Below are positions 12,238-23,900 of a stretch of DNA of 64,000 nucleotides, one piece after another. Origin of the DNA: Bilabrum cf. latius (lineage: Eukaryota); assembly GCA_965178125.1 (NCBI GenBank), contig OZ237763.1:496001-560000 (forward strand), in the 5' to 3' direction. The notes under the pieces were generated by a model. The model worked only from the letters and a program-made list of their open reading frames with translations. It had not been told where the DNA came from and made no database searches. Made by a program: the position numbers and the translations under genes. The stretch's first letter is position 1, and every line of letters starts with the position of its first letter.

Positions 12238-13107
12238 ATGGACGGAGGCACTCGGGGGTGCAAATCAAAATAGGCTGCGGGTTCGTGCAGCCAGAAGCGT
12301 GGTCCAGGCTTCTATCCTCTCCCCAATAATGACAAACGTTTGCAGAGAGCTGGATGGACCCAGCCTCATGCCATTGGTGGTGGTGATCCGTGCCGATCAG
12401 CCGGGGCTATGTTACTTCAAGAAGTTGTACTCACCACACTTAAAGTTCAAACTCAGGTCGGTTACGTTTGAGACATCGGTAAGCTTGCCGGCAGCCGTCG
12501 CCCAGCTAGTGCGGTGCAAACAGCTGCAACTTGAAGGGGTGCTCGGAGGGAGTCCTAAATGTCATCAGCCGGAGTGTAACTGCATCGCCAGTCGCTGCGC
12601 CACGGCCGACTGCACCGACTGGCTCCGTAGGCGTTTGTCCAGACGCCTGGAGTGCCGTGCACTCTGCGGTGACGGAGGCCAACACGACCACGACCGCCTA
12701 CAGTGCCCGGGGGCTCGCTGAGCATGTGTTCCGAAACAAAGACCCTTTCGGCCAATGGAGTGACGAGGTGCTGCAGCGCCTGTGCGGCGAGTGATGAATC
12801 CTGCAGCACCGCACGAGGAACCGAGAATATGGAGTGGAGCCGATGGACGGTCTGGGACCGGGACTGAGGGCAAGGTCTCAGTGGGTTGATGCCCGTATAG
12901 ATATGACTCGGGCTGGTGCTTGGCTGGACATCCACTGGCAGCTTGCAAGCGAGCATGATCGAGCGGAACGGTAGTAGAAAGCCGCCCGCCAGCTCTTCGC
13001 GAGTAAAGATTCTGGCCAGGCGGGGTTCCGGTTTTGGTCACCGTGCAGTCACATGCGAGAACGGCGCAAACTACCAGGTTTCAACATCGCGTCGATCGTA
13101 TGCAGAG

Positions 13108-14534
13108 ATGGAAGCGTACAAAATAGTCAGAGAGCTATCATCAGCAAAGGATAAATCGGGTGCTCTAGAGAAGCTACGAGCCTACGTTGGGAACCAAAGT
13201 AGCGACTGGAAGGATGAAGTCGACGTAAGCTTTCCATTAGAGCTGTGCGCTCTTTCAAGGTTAGGAGTAGACTGCTACATGCTAGATTGCGCCTAAATCC
13301 TCGTCGATATTCTGCAGTGTTTAGATCAGGCGCTTTTGTACAAGGCAATCTACATCAAGGATGCCCTGACTCGGAGAAAGGCCGTGCAGATCGTACTTGA
13401 CGCTGGCGTTTCCGTTGACTGGGTGGTAAGATTTGCTTGACTTGACCTGGACAGCAGCGTTCCTGGCGTGGCGTGGTGGCCTCCTGATGATCGTATAGCG
13501 CTTTTCTGCATTTTGAGAGTCGCAGCTTTCTGATGGCAGCTAGGTGAACATTTTGTAGCATACCAACGACCCGTTTGTATTGCAAATCATGCTTGACCAT
13601 GGGGCAGATCCCAACCTGCTATGTGATCGCGCCGACCGAAGCCTAGCTTGGGACGTGAGAGCCAGCCCTGAAAGGGGGAGACGGACGCCTAAAGTCGTCA
13701 GCGAAGCAGCCTATCGTCCAAATTGCCTGCTTGTTGTCTTTGTATCTGCAAAATACCACGCAGAATCCTGGCGAGAACGTGCCACCGCTCCATCAGGCCT
13801 GCATCAACAAGGACGCCGTGGTGGCGGCGGTTCTGCTCCGCGGCGGTGCAGACCCAGCGGTCCGGTCACCTGGTCTCACAGCTGACTAGTGCTGTAGTAT
13901 GGATGAGCGAACGCCCGCGGAGCTGGTTGGTTGGTTCTCCAGAATGACAGACACGTCTGACAGGTGGTGCCGTTGGCGCACTGACCACTACGACAATACA
14001 CCCAACCAGGAGCAGACGAGGCTAGAGGCGGCCCTGCGCAAGGGGGGCAACAGCAGGAAGAAGTGCCTGAAAGAAGTGGTGAAGGAGTTCAAGGGGGAGA
14101 TCAAGCTGCGCTTCCCGGACTTCTTCTACACACCGCGCCGTATGCGCCTCGCGCAGCACCGCATGGCTTGGGGGGCCAGAAGGGATGCGGGCTTGGTGTT
14201 CCAGGCGGCGAGCGAGGGCAGGCCGCTGGAGCTGGCCAAGCGGCTGAGGCTGGGGATGTTGGCGGGGGGTCTGGAGCAGACGGGGCCATCCCGGAAGGAC
14301 GGGCGCGAGGTGACTCTGCTGACTGCCGTTGAGGAAGGCGGGCACGATGAATGCGTCAAGGTGCTTGCGAGGGTGTACGGCAGCAGGCTCGATGCGGCGA
14401 GGGGTCGCGGGGTCGCAATGATGCCGTCGGGTAGTGGGAAAAGGAAGAGAAAAAAGAGAAAGAAGGGGAGCGAGGCGGTCGCAGAGAAGGATAGTGCACA
14501 TGAGCTCGCTGGCGATGAGAAAACAGTCGGATAA
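13108..14534 (+). CDS. Ankyrin-repeat protein, paralog A (multi-exon; exon boundaries approximate)
   Basis: Exons encode ALLYKAIYIKDALTRRKAVQIVLDAG, DPFVLQIMLDHGADPN, PPLHQACINKDAVVAAVLLRGGADPA..D[TAG]CCSMDERTPAEL, a C-terminal ankyrin-like module and a basic KRKRKKRKK tail. GTAAG/GTGAG donors present; ends TAA. Confidence 0.65.
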
Positions 14535-17500
14535 TCACGATGCCAGTGGTGGGACTATGGCAGGGGCAACGACAAGGTTCAAAGAACTTCCCATCCAAGC
14601 GATGACAGAGTCGAGAAGCACTCGCGCCATAATCCCGAATCGGATTGCCGATCCGCCGCTGGTGGCGTCATGTTCCCAGGTCCCGTTCCTGCACCGCATC
14701 TTTCTCACACCGCTCTTTCCAAGCTACATTTCCGCTTGTTGTACCACGCCACAGTGAAATCGCGCATACTCAACAGCATGGCTGCCCCGATAATCGACTT
14801 GTTTGGCGATGCGAAGGAGCCAATGGAGGGACGCCTCGATCGCCTGGCTGAACTAGTTAGGCTGTCGCCAGAGCTCTACTTCACTCCAAATGTGCGGTCT
14901 ATTGTCTAATGGATGCCATTCAATTCACTTATTTTCAGCACCTGTATGGAGCATTATAGTCTTTTGGCTTTGTACGACCGCAGGATCCATCCCAATCGGT
15001 GCTGTACAGAGCCTCACGTTTCGAGGATGCATCTTTCCGGAGACAAGCCATGCGCAAGCTCCTGCGTTTGGGAGCCCCGTCATATTACTTTGTTAGAGCT
15101 TGCAACGGTCAAGGAATGCAACCCTTTTGAAGTGTCAGCCGGCAACGCTAACTTCAATCGTGTTTACCTGCCGTCCTTGCAGAGTGACAACGCCGACAGT
15201 TTCAACTTGCTCTCGCTATGCGATGATCCATATGTATTACAGCTTGTACTAGAACATGGTGGCCAGCCGAACGGCGAGTGCTTTCTGCAACAACGCGAAG
15301 CTTACGTCGTGAGGCACGTATTAGCGAACGCACCGGAGACATGCACTGTCTGGCAAGTCATTTGACTCCGGTCCGAAGTATATGAATATTTCTTATACTC
15401 GCAGAAGGGGATAGAATGTCTGCCACCGCTCCATCAGGCTTGCGTGAATCGTGATGCTGTTGCCGTGGCTGTTTTGCTGCGCGGCGGTGCTGACCCGGCG
15501 ATCAAATCAAAGGGGGTCACCGATTACCTCGACGGGGAGGAGCGCACACCTGCGCAGCTGGTCGGTTGTTATTCGTACGGGACTGGCACCTCAAACGGGT
15601 GGCAGGACTGGGGTAAAAAACAAGACAAAACACCCAACCAGGAGCAGACGAGGCTAGAGGCGGCCCTGCGCAAGGGGGGCAACAGCAGGAAGAAGTGCCT
15701 GAAAGAAGTGGTGAAGGAGTTCAAGGGGGAGATCAAGCTGCGCTTCCCGGACTTCTTCTACACACCGCGCCGTATGCGCCTCGCGCAGCACCGCATGGCT
15801 TGGGGGGCCAGAAGGGATGCGGGCTTGGTGTTCCAGGCGGCGAGCGAGGGCAGGCCGCTGGAGCTGGCCAAGCGGCTGAGGCTGGGGATGTTGGCGGGGG
15901 GTCTGGAGCAGACGGGGCCATCCCGGAAGGACGGGCGCGAGGTGACTCTGCTGACTGCCGTTGAGGAAGGCGGGCACGATGAATGCGTCAAGGTGCTTGC
16001 GAGGGTGTACGGCAGCAGGCTCGATGCGGCGAGGGGTCGCGGGGTCGCAATGATGCCGTCGGGTAGTGGGAAAAGGAAGAGAAAAAAGAGAAAGAAGGGG
16101 AGCGAGGCGGTCGCAGAGAAGGATAGTGCACATGAGCTCGCTGGCGATGAGAAAACAGTCGGATAATCACGATGCCAGTGGTGGGACTATGGCAGGGGCA
16201 ACGACAAGGTTCAAAGAACTTCCCATCCAAGCGATGACAGAGTCGAGAAGCACTCGCGCCATAATCCCGAATCGGATTGCCGATCCGCCGCTGGTGGCGT
16301 CATGTTCCCAGGTCCCGTTCCTGCACCGCATCTTTCTCACACCGCTCTTTCCAAGCTACATTTCCGCTTGTTGTACCACGCCACAGTGAAATCGCGCATA
16401 CTCAACAGCATGGCTGCCCCGATAATCGACTTGTTTGGCGATGCGAAGGAGCCAATGGAGGGACGCCTCGATCGCCTGGCTGAACTAGTTAGGCTGTCGC
16501 CAGAGCTCTACTTCACTCCAAATGTGCGGTCTATTGTCTAATGGATGCCATTCAATTCACTTATTTTCAGCACCTGTATGGAGCATTATAGTCTTTTGGC
16601 TTTGTACGACCGCAGGATCCATCCCAATCGGTGCTGTACAGAGCCTCACGTTTCGAGGATGCATCTTTCCGGAGACAAGCCATGCGCAAGCTCCTGCGTT
16701 TGGGAGCCCCGTCATATTACTTTGTTAGAGCTTGCAACGGTCAAGGAATGCAACCCTTTTGAAGTGTCAGCCGGCAACGCTAACTTCAATCGTGTTTACC
16801 TGCCGTCCTTGCAGAGTGACAACGCCGACAGTTTCAACTTGCTCTCGCTATGCGATGATCCATATGTATTACAGCTTGTACTAGAACATGGTGGCCAGCC
16901 GAACGGCGAGTGCTTTCTGCAACAACGCGAAGCTTACGTCGTGAGGCACGTATTAGCGAACGCACCGGAGACATGCACTGTCTGGCAAGTCATTTGACTC
17001 CGGTCCGAAGTATATGAATATTTCTTATACTCGCAGAAGGGGATAGAATGTCTGCCACCGCTCCATCAGGCTTGCGTGAATCGTGATGCTGTTGCCGTGG
17101 CTGTTTTGCTGCGCGGCGGTGCTGACCCGGCGATCAAATCAAAGGGGGTCACCGATTACCTCGACGGGGAGGAGCGCACACCTGCGCAGCTGGTCGGTTG
17201 TTATTCGTACGGGACTGGCACCTCAAACGGGTGGCAGGACTGGGGTAAAAAACAAGACAAAACACCCAACCAGGAGCAGACGAGGCTAGAGGCGGCCCTG
17301 CGCAAGGGGGGCAACAGCAGGAAGAAGTGCCTGAAAGAAGTGGTGAAGGAGTTCAAGGGGGAGATCAAGCTGCGCTTCCCGGACTTCTTCTACACACCGC
17401 GCCGTATGCGCCTCGCGCAGCACCGCATGGCTTGGGGGGCCAGAAGGGATGCGGGCATGGTGTTCCAGGCGGCGAGCGAGGGCAGGCCGCTGGAGCTGGC

Positions 17501-17632
17501 CAAGCGACTGAGGCTGGGGATGTTGGCGGGGGGTCTGGAGCAGACGGGGCCATCCCGGAAGGACGGGCGCGAGGTGACTCTGCTGACTGCCGCCGAGGAA
17601 GGCGGGCACGATGAATGCGTCAAGGTGCTTGC
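13998..17632. repeat. Direct tandem duplication, 1632-bp period (about 2.2 units)
   Basis: ORF translations recur at +1632 (14063/15695 identical, 17327 nearly so; 14913/16545 identical). Identity begins at ACACCCAACCAGG (13998, 15630, 17262) and ends after GTGCTTGC near 17632. Confidence 0.97.
14778..16166 (+). CDS. Ankyrin-repeat protein, paralog B (chimera; multi-exon)
   Basis: ATG 14778; intron 14892-14938 (GTGCGG...TTTTCAG); exon 2 HLYGAL[TAG]SFG..SVLYRASRF..RKLLRLGAP; later exons DPYVLQLVLEHGGQPN and PPLHQACVNRDAVAVAVLLRGGADP; ends TAA. Confidence 0.75.
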
Positions 17633-17762
17633 CAAAGCTTAGAGGTTCGCAGCGGACAAGCTGGGGCATGGCGGGCACAGGCACCACCACAAGAAGCACA
17701 AGCAGCACAAGAAGCACAAGAAGAAACACGGGACAGCAAAGGCAGGCACGGGGGGCTCTTGA
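16410..17762 (+). CDS. Ankyrin-repeat protein, paralog C (multi-exon)
   Basis: Same 5' exons as B. Reading TAG 17640-17642 as Gln adds RFAADKLGHGGHRHHHKKHKQHKKHKKKHG...TGA (17760-17762), a basic tail analogous to that of A and B. Confidence 0.75.
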
Positions 17763-17936
17763 TTTGTGATGGTTTCCACATCGATTTGGGCCAGTCGGGC
17801 GAGGCGCGATGCCCGCTAGACACGGGTCCTACTGGATCTATTTGTCTTGAGGCAAGCACAGCACACACTCGTTCAACACGCGTATCAAATAAGATCCGTC
17901 TAAGGTGTAGCTGTTCATTCACAAATGCACTGCATA

Positions 17937-20900
17937 TCACGCGTTCTGCCGGAATCCCCCGAGTCCATCGCTGATCGAGTAGATCGCCTCGAGCACCTTC
18001 CGCTTGGTGACTTCCACGCTGGAGTACTCCGGCAATGACAGCTCGTACGAGCAAACGCGGCAAGTCAATGGTAGATCATCAGCTGATTCCAGCCCATGGC
18101 GGGGGTGCCTCTTGTTGATCTGCAGCGGCCGCGGCCGCAGACCGCTGAATCCATCCGCGGGCAGCCGAGACGAGGCAGTGGCAAACTCCAAAAATAGCTT
18201 CCGTTCCTTTTGCTCCAGCTAGGACAGCACCAGAGTGAGGTGCCGCACGGGCGGGTCAGACACATCGTACCGAAATTGCTCGCTGCGGTGGAAGGTCAGA
18301 GCCTTTCCAATGGCAGCAGGGGTCCACAAATGATCCGTGGCACCTGCAGACCGCGAGTCGGACAGCAGGTCGGCCAGCTCATCTGGGCTGAACATTCTTA
18401 GGGCAGTTGGGTCTGCCACGCACTGGTAGCCGTGCAGAAACGCGCGCGCCTGCGCCACCGCCGGTTTGACCACCATCCTGTCCACAAGCGCAGACACAAA
18501 CTCCCGCAGGCACCTGGTATCCACGTCACGGTCAGCTCCCCCCGGGCACAGCTCGACAGGCGGAGACCCCACTTCCCACGTCAGGCAGTAGAGATCCAGC
18601 TGATCCTGGACGTATTGCTTCAGCGGGGCGTCTCCCCGGAGCTCGGCCTCGTCCAAGGCGTGCAGCAGCCTCTGCAGCGCGTGGCACGTGCCGGCCATGT
18701 CAGGCTCCACCTCGGCCAGGTCACTCAGGTTGAGCGGGCGGCCCGTGAGCAGCTTGCAGAAAGCGGGAGATAGGGGCAGATCCAGCACGTCGTGGTGCCC
18801 GTCCTGCAGTGCCTTGGCAACCGCCCGCCCGGCCAGAACGAACGTGTCTAGCACGCGAGCGGTGGCGCCTGCGGCATCGCTCTGCGGCGCCTTGCCCGAC
18901 ACTTTCGATGCTGACGCGCTGGGAGAGCCACCCTCGGAGCTGGCAGGCTCCATGGTTGGAAGCGGCTGGGGAAATAGGCCGTTGGGGGCGTACGCGTACT
19001 CCACACCGCTCATCGAGTTGAGTTCTTTCGCAACGATGGACATCATCGACTCCGTCCGGACAGTCGCAGCCGCAGAGTCCCCACGTGTGGTTGCGGGCTA
19101 GTCGGTCCCTTCGCCGTGAGCAGCTGCAGCTTTGGCTACGCCCAGCTCTGCATCCACCGCGCTAGCAGTGCTCCCAACCTGGATGAGGGTGGCTTCGCCG
19201 TCCAAGTCGCCGAGGTCGACACCATCCTGTTGGTCCTCATCCATGGCTTGCTGCTGCTCCTCCTTCTGCACATTGCGCCACAGACCGAGGTCTGTCTATT
19301 GCAAAGAGCGGAATAGCAGCGTGTAGAACTCCCTCGTCACGCCCTCGCCATGGGCATCCTCCCCTTCGAACGTGACGTTCAGCACCGCCGCGCGACGGCC
19401 CAGCGAATCCTGCCCCTCTGACCTCTTGGGATCCACGCAGGCGGATCGCACGACTTCGAGCGAAGACTCTTTTACGCACGAGGCATACACGCTCATCGTG
19501 CGCGGATCAACCTCCGGCGATGGTCTCACAGCCACGCTTGCCTCGATGGCACCGGCTCCAGACGATGGCCCCGACTCGGTCTCAATCCCAGCAGCGTGAG
19601 GGAGAGGCATGATGGAATCAGACATGCGCGCGCGTTCCTGCATCTTCTGCTGCTGAAACTCCTGAAAGGAGTACATCGGGGCGCACCACCAGCGGAACGC
19701 GTGCGCAGCCGAAGCCACGAGCCCCCTTCCTCTCGCCACGGTTAGCTTGAGCTCGTGCTGCAGGAACCGTTCAGGGTCCGAGTCTCGCTTTCTGGCTCGT
19801 TTTGCAGCATCCTCGGCAGAGTCTCCTGGATGAGCAGTACCTAGCTCGTGCTGCACGTGCAGCAGCGCTCTGCTCCTGCCGAATCCCAAGGCAAAGAACA
19901 CACGGCGCCTCAGCGCCAGAGGCAAAAGCCTGGGCTCGATCTTCGGCAGCAGTGTGCTCCATCGCGGGACCGCTGCGAACGCGAGCGAGACGTTGTCCTT
20001 GATCTGCTGCTGCAACCGGTCTGCCAGCTGTTCGATGGCAGTGGCAGCAGGCGGCAGCAGACGGTTCTCCTGCTGTGCGCGAGCCTCGGCCGAGAGCCCT
20101 CCCACGCCGCCCGTCCCACCGGATTGGTCGGCAGCAACCTCAGGAGCCAGGGCGCAGATTAGCTGCATGGCGCGGAGAGCAGACGAGACGGGCACGTTGG
20201 AACTCGCAATGCGCGAAGACACTTTGCTCATCTTGTTCCTTTTGGCCTGCTTTGCGTCTGGGCCCGTAGTATCGGCTTTCATCTTGTCCTTTGCTGCGGC
20301 AAGCAGCTGCGAGTACCTGGGATCCTTGGCCTTTGCAATTGGCTGTCCACTGCCGGCTTGATTCCCGTCGCTGTTGTCCGAGTCATCATCGTAGTCATAC
20401 GGCAGTTCCCGGCGGCCGTAGACAGTGGGAGCCCCGGGTATAGACTGCACAGTGCGCCAGGCGTCTGGCAGCGACATGGCTTCCTGCCGCGCCCTTTGAA
20501 GTGTAAGCAGGATGCCAGCTGCGGTTGGAGTGCGAGTCGCGTGCTTCGATGAGCAGTCCACCGTAGAAGGTGCCGCGACCGCAGCAGTATTGCAGGCATT
20601 TGCATTAGCGGGATAGATCTCGCTGCTAGCCCCAGCTGTCCCAGCACCAGATGCTGCCGATCTCTTCTCCCTACCCTCGATGGCCTCGTCTTCTGTTGCC
20701 TGACTGCCTGATGCAGAGGGCCCCAACCCCTAGGGGGCGTCCATGCTGATCGCGGTATACCGGCATAGAGCGGTGGTTGGAGCCTCATACCATTCGCAAG
20801 ACTAAGTGGCCCCAGCTGCCTCACTAGGCAGCGGGCTGTCACTGCCATCGCCCAAGGCGGCAGCCATGCGCTACGCAAGCTCCTGTGCGACTCTGACACG

Positions 20901-23900
20901 CTACCCCCCCGGCTCTGGCGAATAGCCACCGGGGACAAACGAACCACCTTCGAGACCACCCGTGGGGCCTCGACTAATCAAAGCGCCAGATGCGCCGGCA
21001 AGCCATGGTGCAGATACCCGTGGAGAAGAATCTAGACCGCCCTCAGTAGCCAAGCTAGGCCACTTCGGAGGCTCTACAGCCGGTTTGCGAACATCCTCAA
21101 ACGCTTCTGAGCTTCCTGTAGCAGCCGATTTCATTGATGCCCCAGCAGCAGTGGCGTCTGCGTCATCCTCTTTGGCAAAGTCGCCGAGTTCGCCAGTCGG
21201 GGCGTCGTGCGGCATGCCGCCCCGCAATAGCGACAGTCCTTGCTTCACATCGTCGGGACGAGCTGCGGCAGCAACCACGGTCCTCTTGGCGAGCTCATTG
21301 GCCTACCCACTGAATGGGTAGTCCGAGCGCAGCTGTTTCATCACCTATGGTGCAGCTTTCATGGCATGCTAGACAGCCAAAGCTCGCTGACCAGGGGCCA
21401 GGCCAAGTGCGGCTGCGTGATTGCCTGCACTAAAGGCATCTGTATCGCCGCCCCAGCCGCCTGTGCGCTACTGCTGAGCAGCAGCTGCATCCAGCTTCGC
21501 ACGATCTGCCGTGTACACGGGAACGGGACCAAGACCATCCGGAAGATCTCGAGCACACGGCCCGCTGTAGCTGACGCTGGCTCCGACTGACCAGTCTGGT
21601 TTGCTCCGCATCCTGACCACTGGCTCGGGACTCGCACTGCCGTCCTCGTCTGCAGCGCTTTCCATTGGTAGGCTCCCAGCCGCGGTGGTAGCATGCACCT
21701 GCTCGGCAGCAAGAACGGGAAGGCCGAGGCTTGGGTCTCGCGGTGTCGAGCGCTGGTTCGCAAGATCTTCTCTTTCATCGTACAACTCGTACTCCACCAG
21801 CACCTGATTGCTATCGTCGGTGGGCTTTCCAGAGCTCGTGGTCGTGTGCTTACCCTTCCGATTCGCTAGCATCCTCCTCAGCTACGCAGCTCTCCCGCCG
21901 TGCTAGTGAGGGTAGGCGGTGATCACGTGCATCTCAACGGCCAAATCGTGCTCGGTAACCTCGCCATCATCGTACTCGACAACGAACAAGCGCGTGAAGG
22001 GGGAGTACTCCGCCACGATGCCTCCATAGTATGTCGGATCGTCCTGCCCCGACCGCGTGTAGGGCACCAGCACGTAGCATCCGATGTACTTCTCTGCCGG
22101 GGGGTCCTCGGGTGGATCTAGCCCCTAAGGTGGCACCTTGAGCCCTCGTACCCACTCGCGCCTGATCCTAACTTGTTCCTTCTGACCGGATTTCTTAAGG
22201 GACGTCTTCGATGCCGAAGCTGCAGCTGCAGACTCGATGCTGCCGCCGGTCTTCTCCTCAGTCCCAGCCTCTTTCGCCTCTGCTTCGATCGCCTGCTGCA
22301 GCAGCTCCTCCAGCTCAGCTTCCGTGAGTTTACTCTTATCATCCTCAGCGTCCTTTCCTGCCGTTCCTGATCCCGCCATTGGCTTTGCTACCTTCCTAAG
22401 ACCCAGCCTGTCCCATCGCTTGGCTCGCCTGGCCAACTGGGAGATTCTGCTGGTGCTGGTCGTAATGGCGTAGGTCGTCGCGTCTCCGTCGATCGGGCAG
22501 CCATCAACGTACAGCCGCAACTTCTGGGTAGGAAGCAGGCCGACGGGTGCCGTGGATTCGACAGGCATCGGCTCGAACGGACCCAACAATGCAGCGCGGC
22601 CCGTTCCAGTCTCTGAGGCTCTGGTGGAGGCACTGGCTGATGAACCCGCAACAGCTGCAGCTGTTGTGCCCACGCCACCGCGCAGGGCATCGGCAGCAGA
22701 TACTACCCTCACCATGCCAGAGCTCAGTATCGACTGCGCCTTGATTTCAGCGTCCTCGGCTGCTGATACTAGTAGCCCGTCACGACCACCAGCTGCGCCA
22801 CCATCACCGTCATTCTGCTCGCGTGCTTTGATTTCCAGCTTATGCTTGGCTGAAAAGTACCCTGCCTTGGCACTAACGTAGTCTGCCAAGCGCATCTCCT
22901 CCTGACTGTACTGGGGGTTGGCAGCCCCGATCGATTTGATGGTGCGCGTGGTGCTCGCACCGAACCTGTTCCTGGCGCGACCCTGCAGCATAGTTCGAAC
23001 AGTGTCGACTACGCCCTGGGCAAGCAGAGCGCCGCTTCCTTCATGTGTGCTAGCATTTTCGACTGCCGCGATTGAATTGAACAGGACGTGCACGGCAGGA
23101 CCTGCTTCAACAAGTGTGGAAGATTCTGCTTCCATGGCTGCACTGGAAAACCCTACGCCGTCATCACTTGCCGCGACTGTCGTTGCCGCTGCCGCTGCAG
23201 ATACCTCTTGAGGTGGCGCGTCACCGGCAGTGGTATCCTTCGTAGTGCTGGGACGACTGGCGCTCTATTCACACGCTGATGGAGGCACCGGTGGGCGCGT
23301 TTCCGAAGCCGGCGGAACGCTCGCCTTAGAGGCCTCGCTGGTTTGTGACTGTCCGGTGGCAGATCCCACAGTCGTACTATGTGCTTCATTGAGCGCAGAG
23401 CCGGTGCCGTTGCCATCCCTCTCTCCAGCGGCGTCCGTACCGTCAGAAATCTACTTGGACAGCGAGAGAGGTCGCTGGAGGAGCTCAAACGCGACCTGCT
23501 CGGCTGTGCCAATGGCCGCATCAAGCATGCCGAGAGCACCGCCAGTAGCACCGGGTGAGTTGAGTGTTGAAGCCCACGCCAACAACGAAGCGGTCGCCCT
23601 GGTGTCATGCACGCCGCGCTTGGCCCATGCCTCAGTCTCATCTACCGACTGTTGCATCTTGGATGCAAGGCCAATGGTGCTCATGGCTTCTGGAGCGGCC
23701 ACACCAGGCGACTTGCCAACGGTCTCGTCGGCCGTGCTAGATCCGGCCTCCAGCACCGCTGACCCGTCCTGCATGTCTTCGTCCGCATGTTCGTCGCGAA
23801 GCAGGTACTCGCCCTGGTCGAACACTGGCGGCGAGCCAGCCATCTTCTCCACTCCTGAGCGATAGACGGTCTTTGCCTCTAGATACTTCTCCTTCTCGTA

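Noticed and set aside
12240-13100. Possible gene or gene remnant between the b561 gene and ankyrin gene A
   Set aside because: Short ORFs in several frames end in TGA with no recognisable motif; left unannotated.
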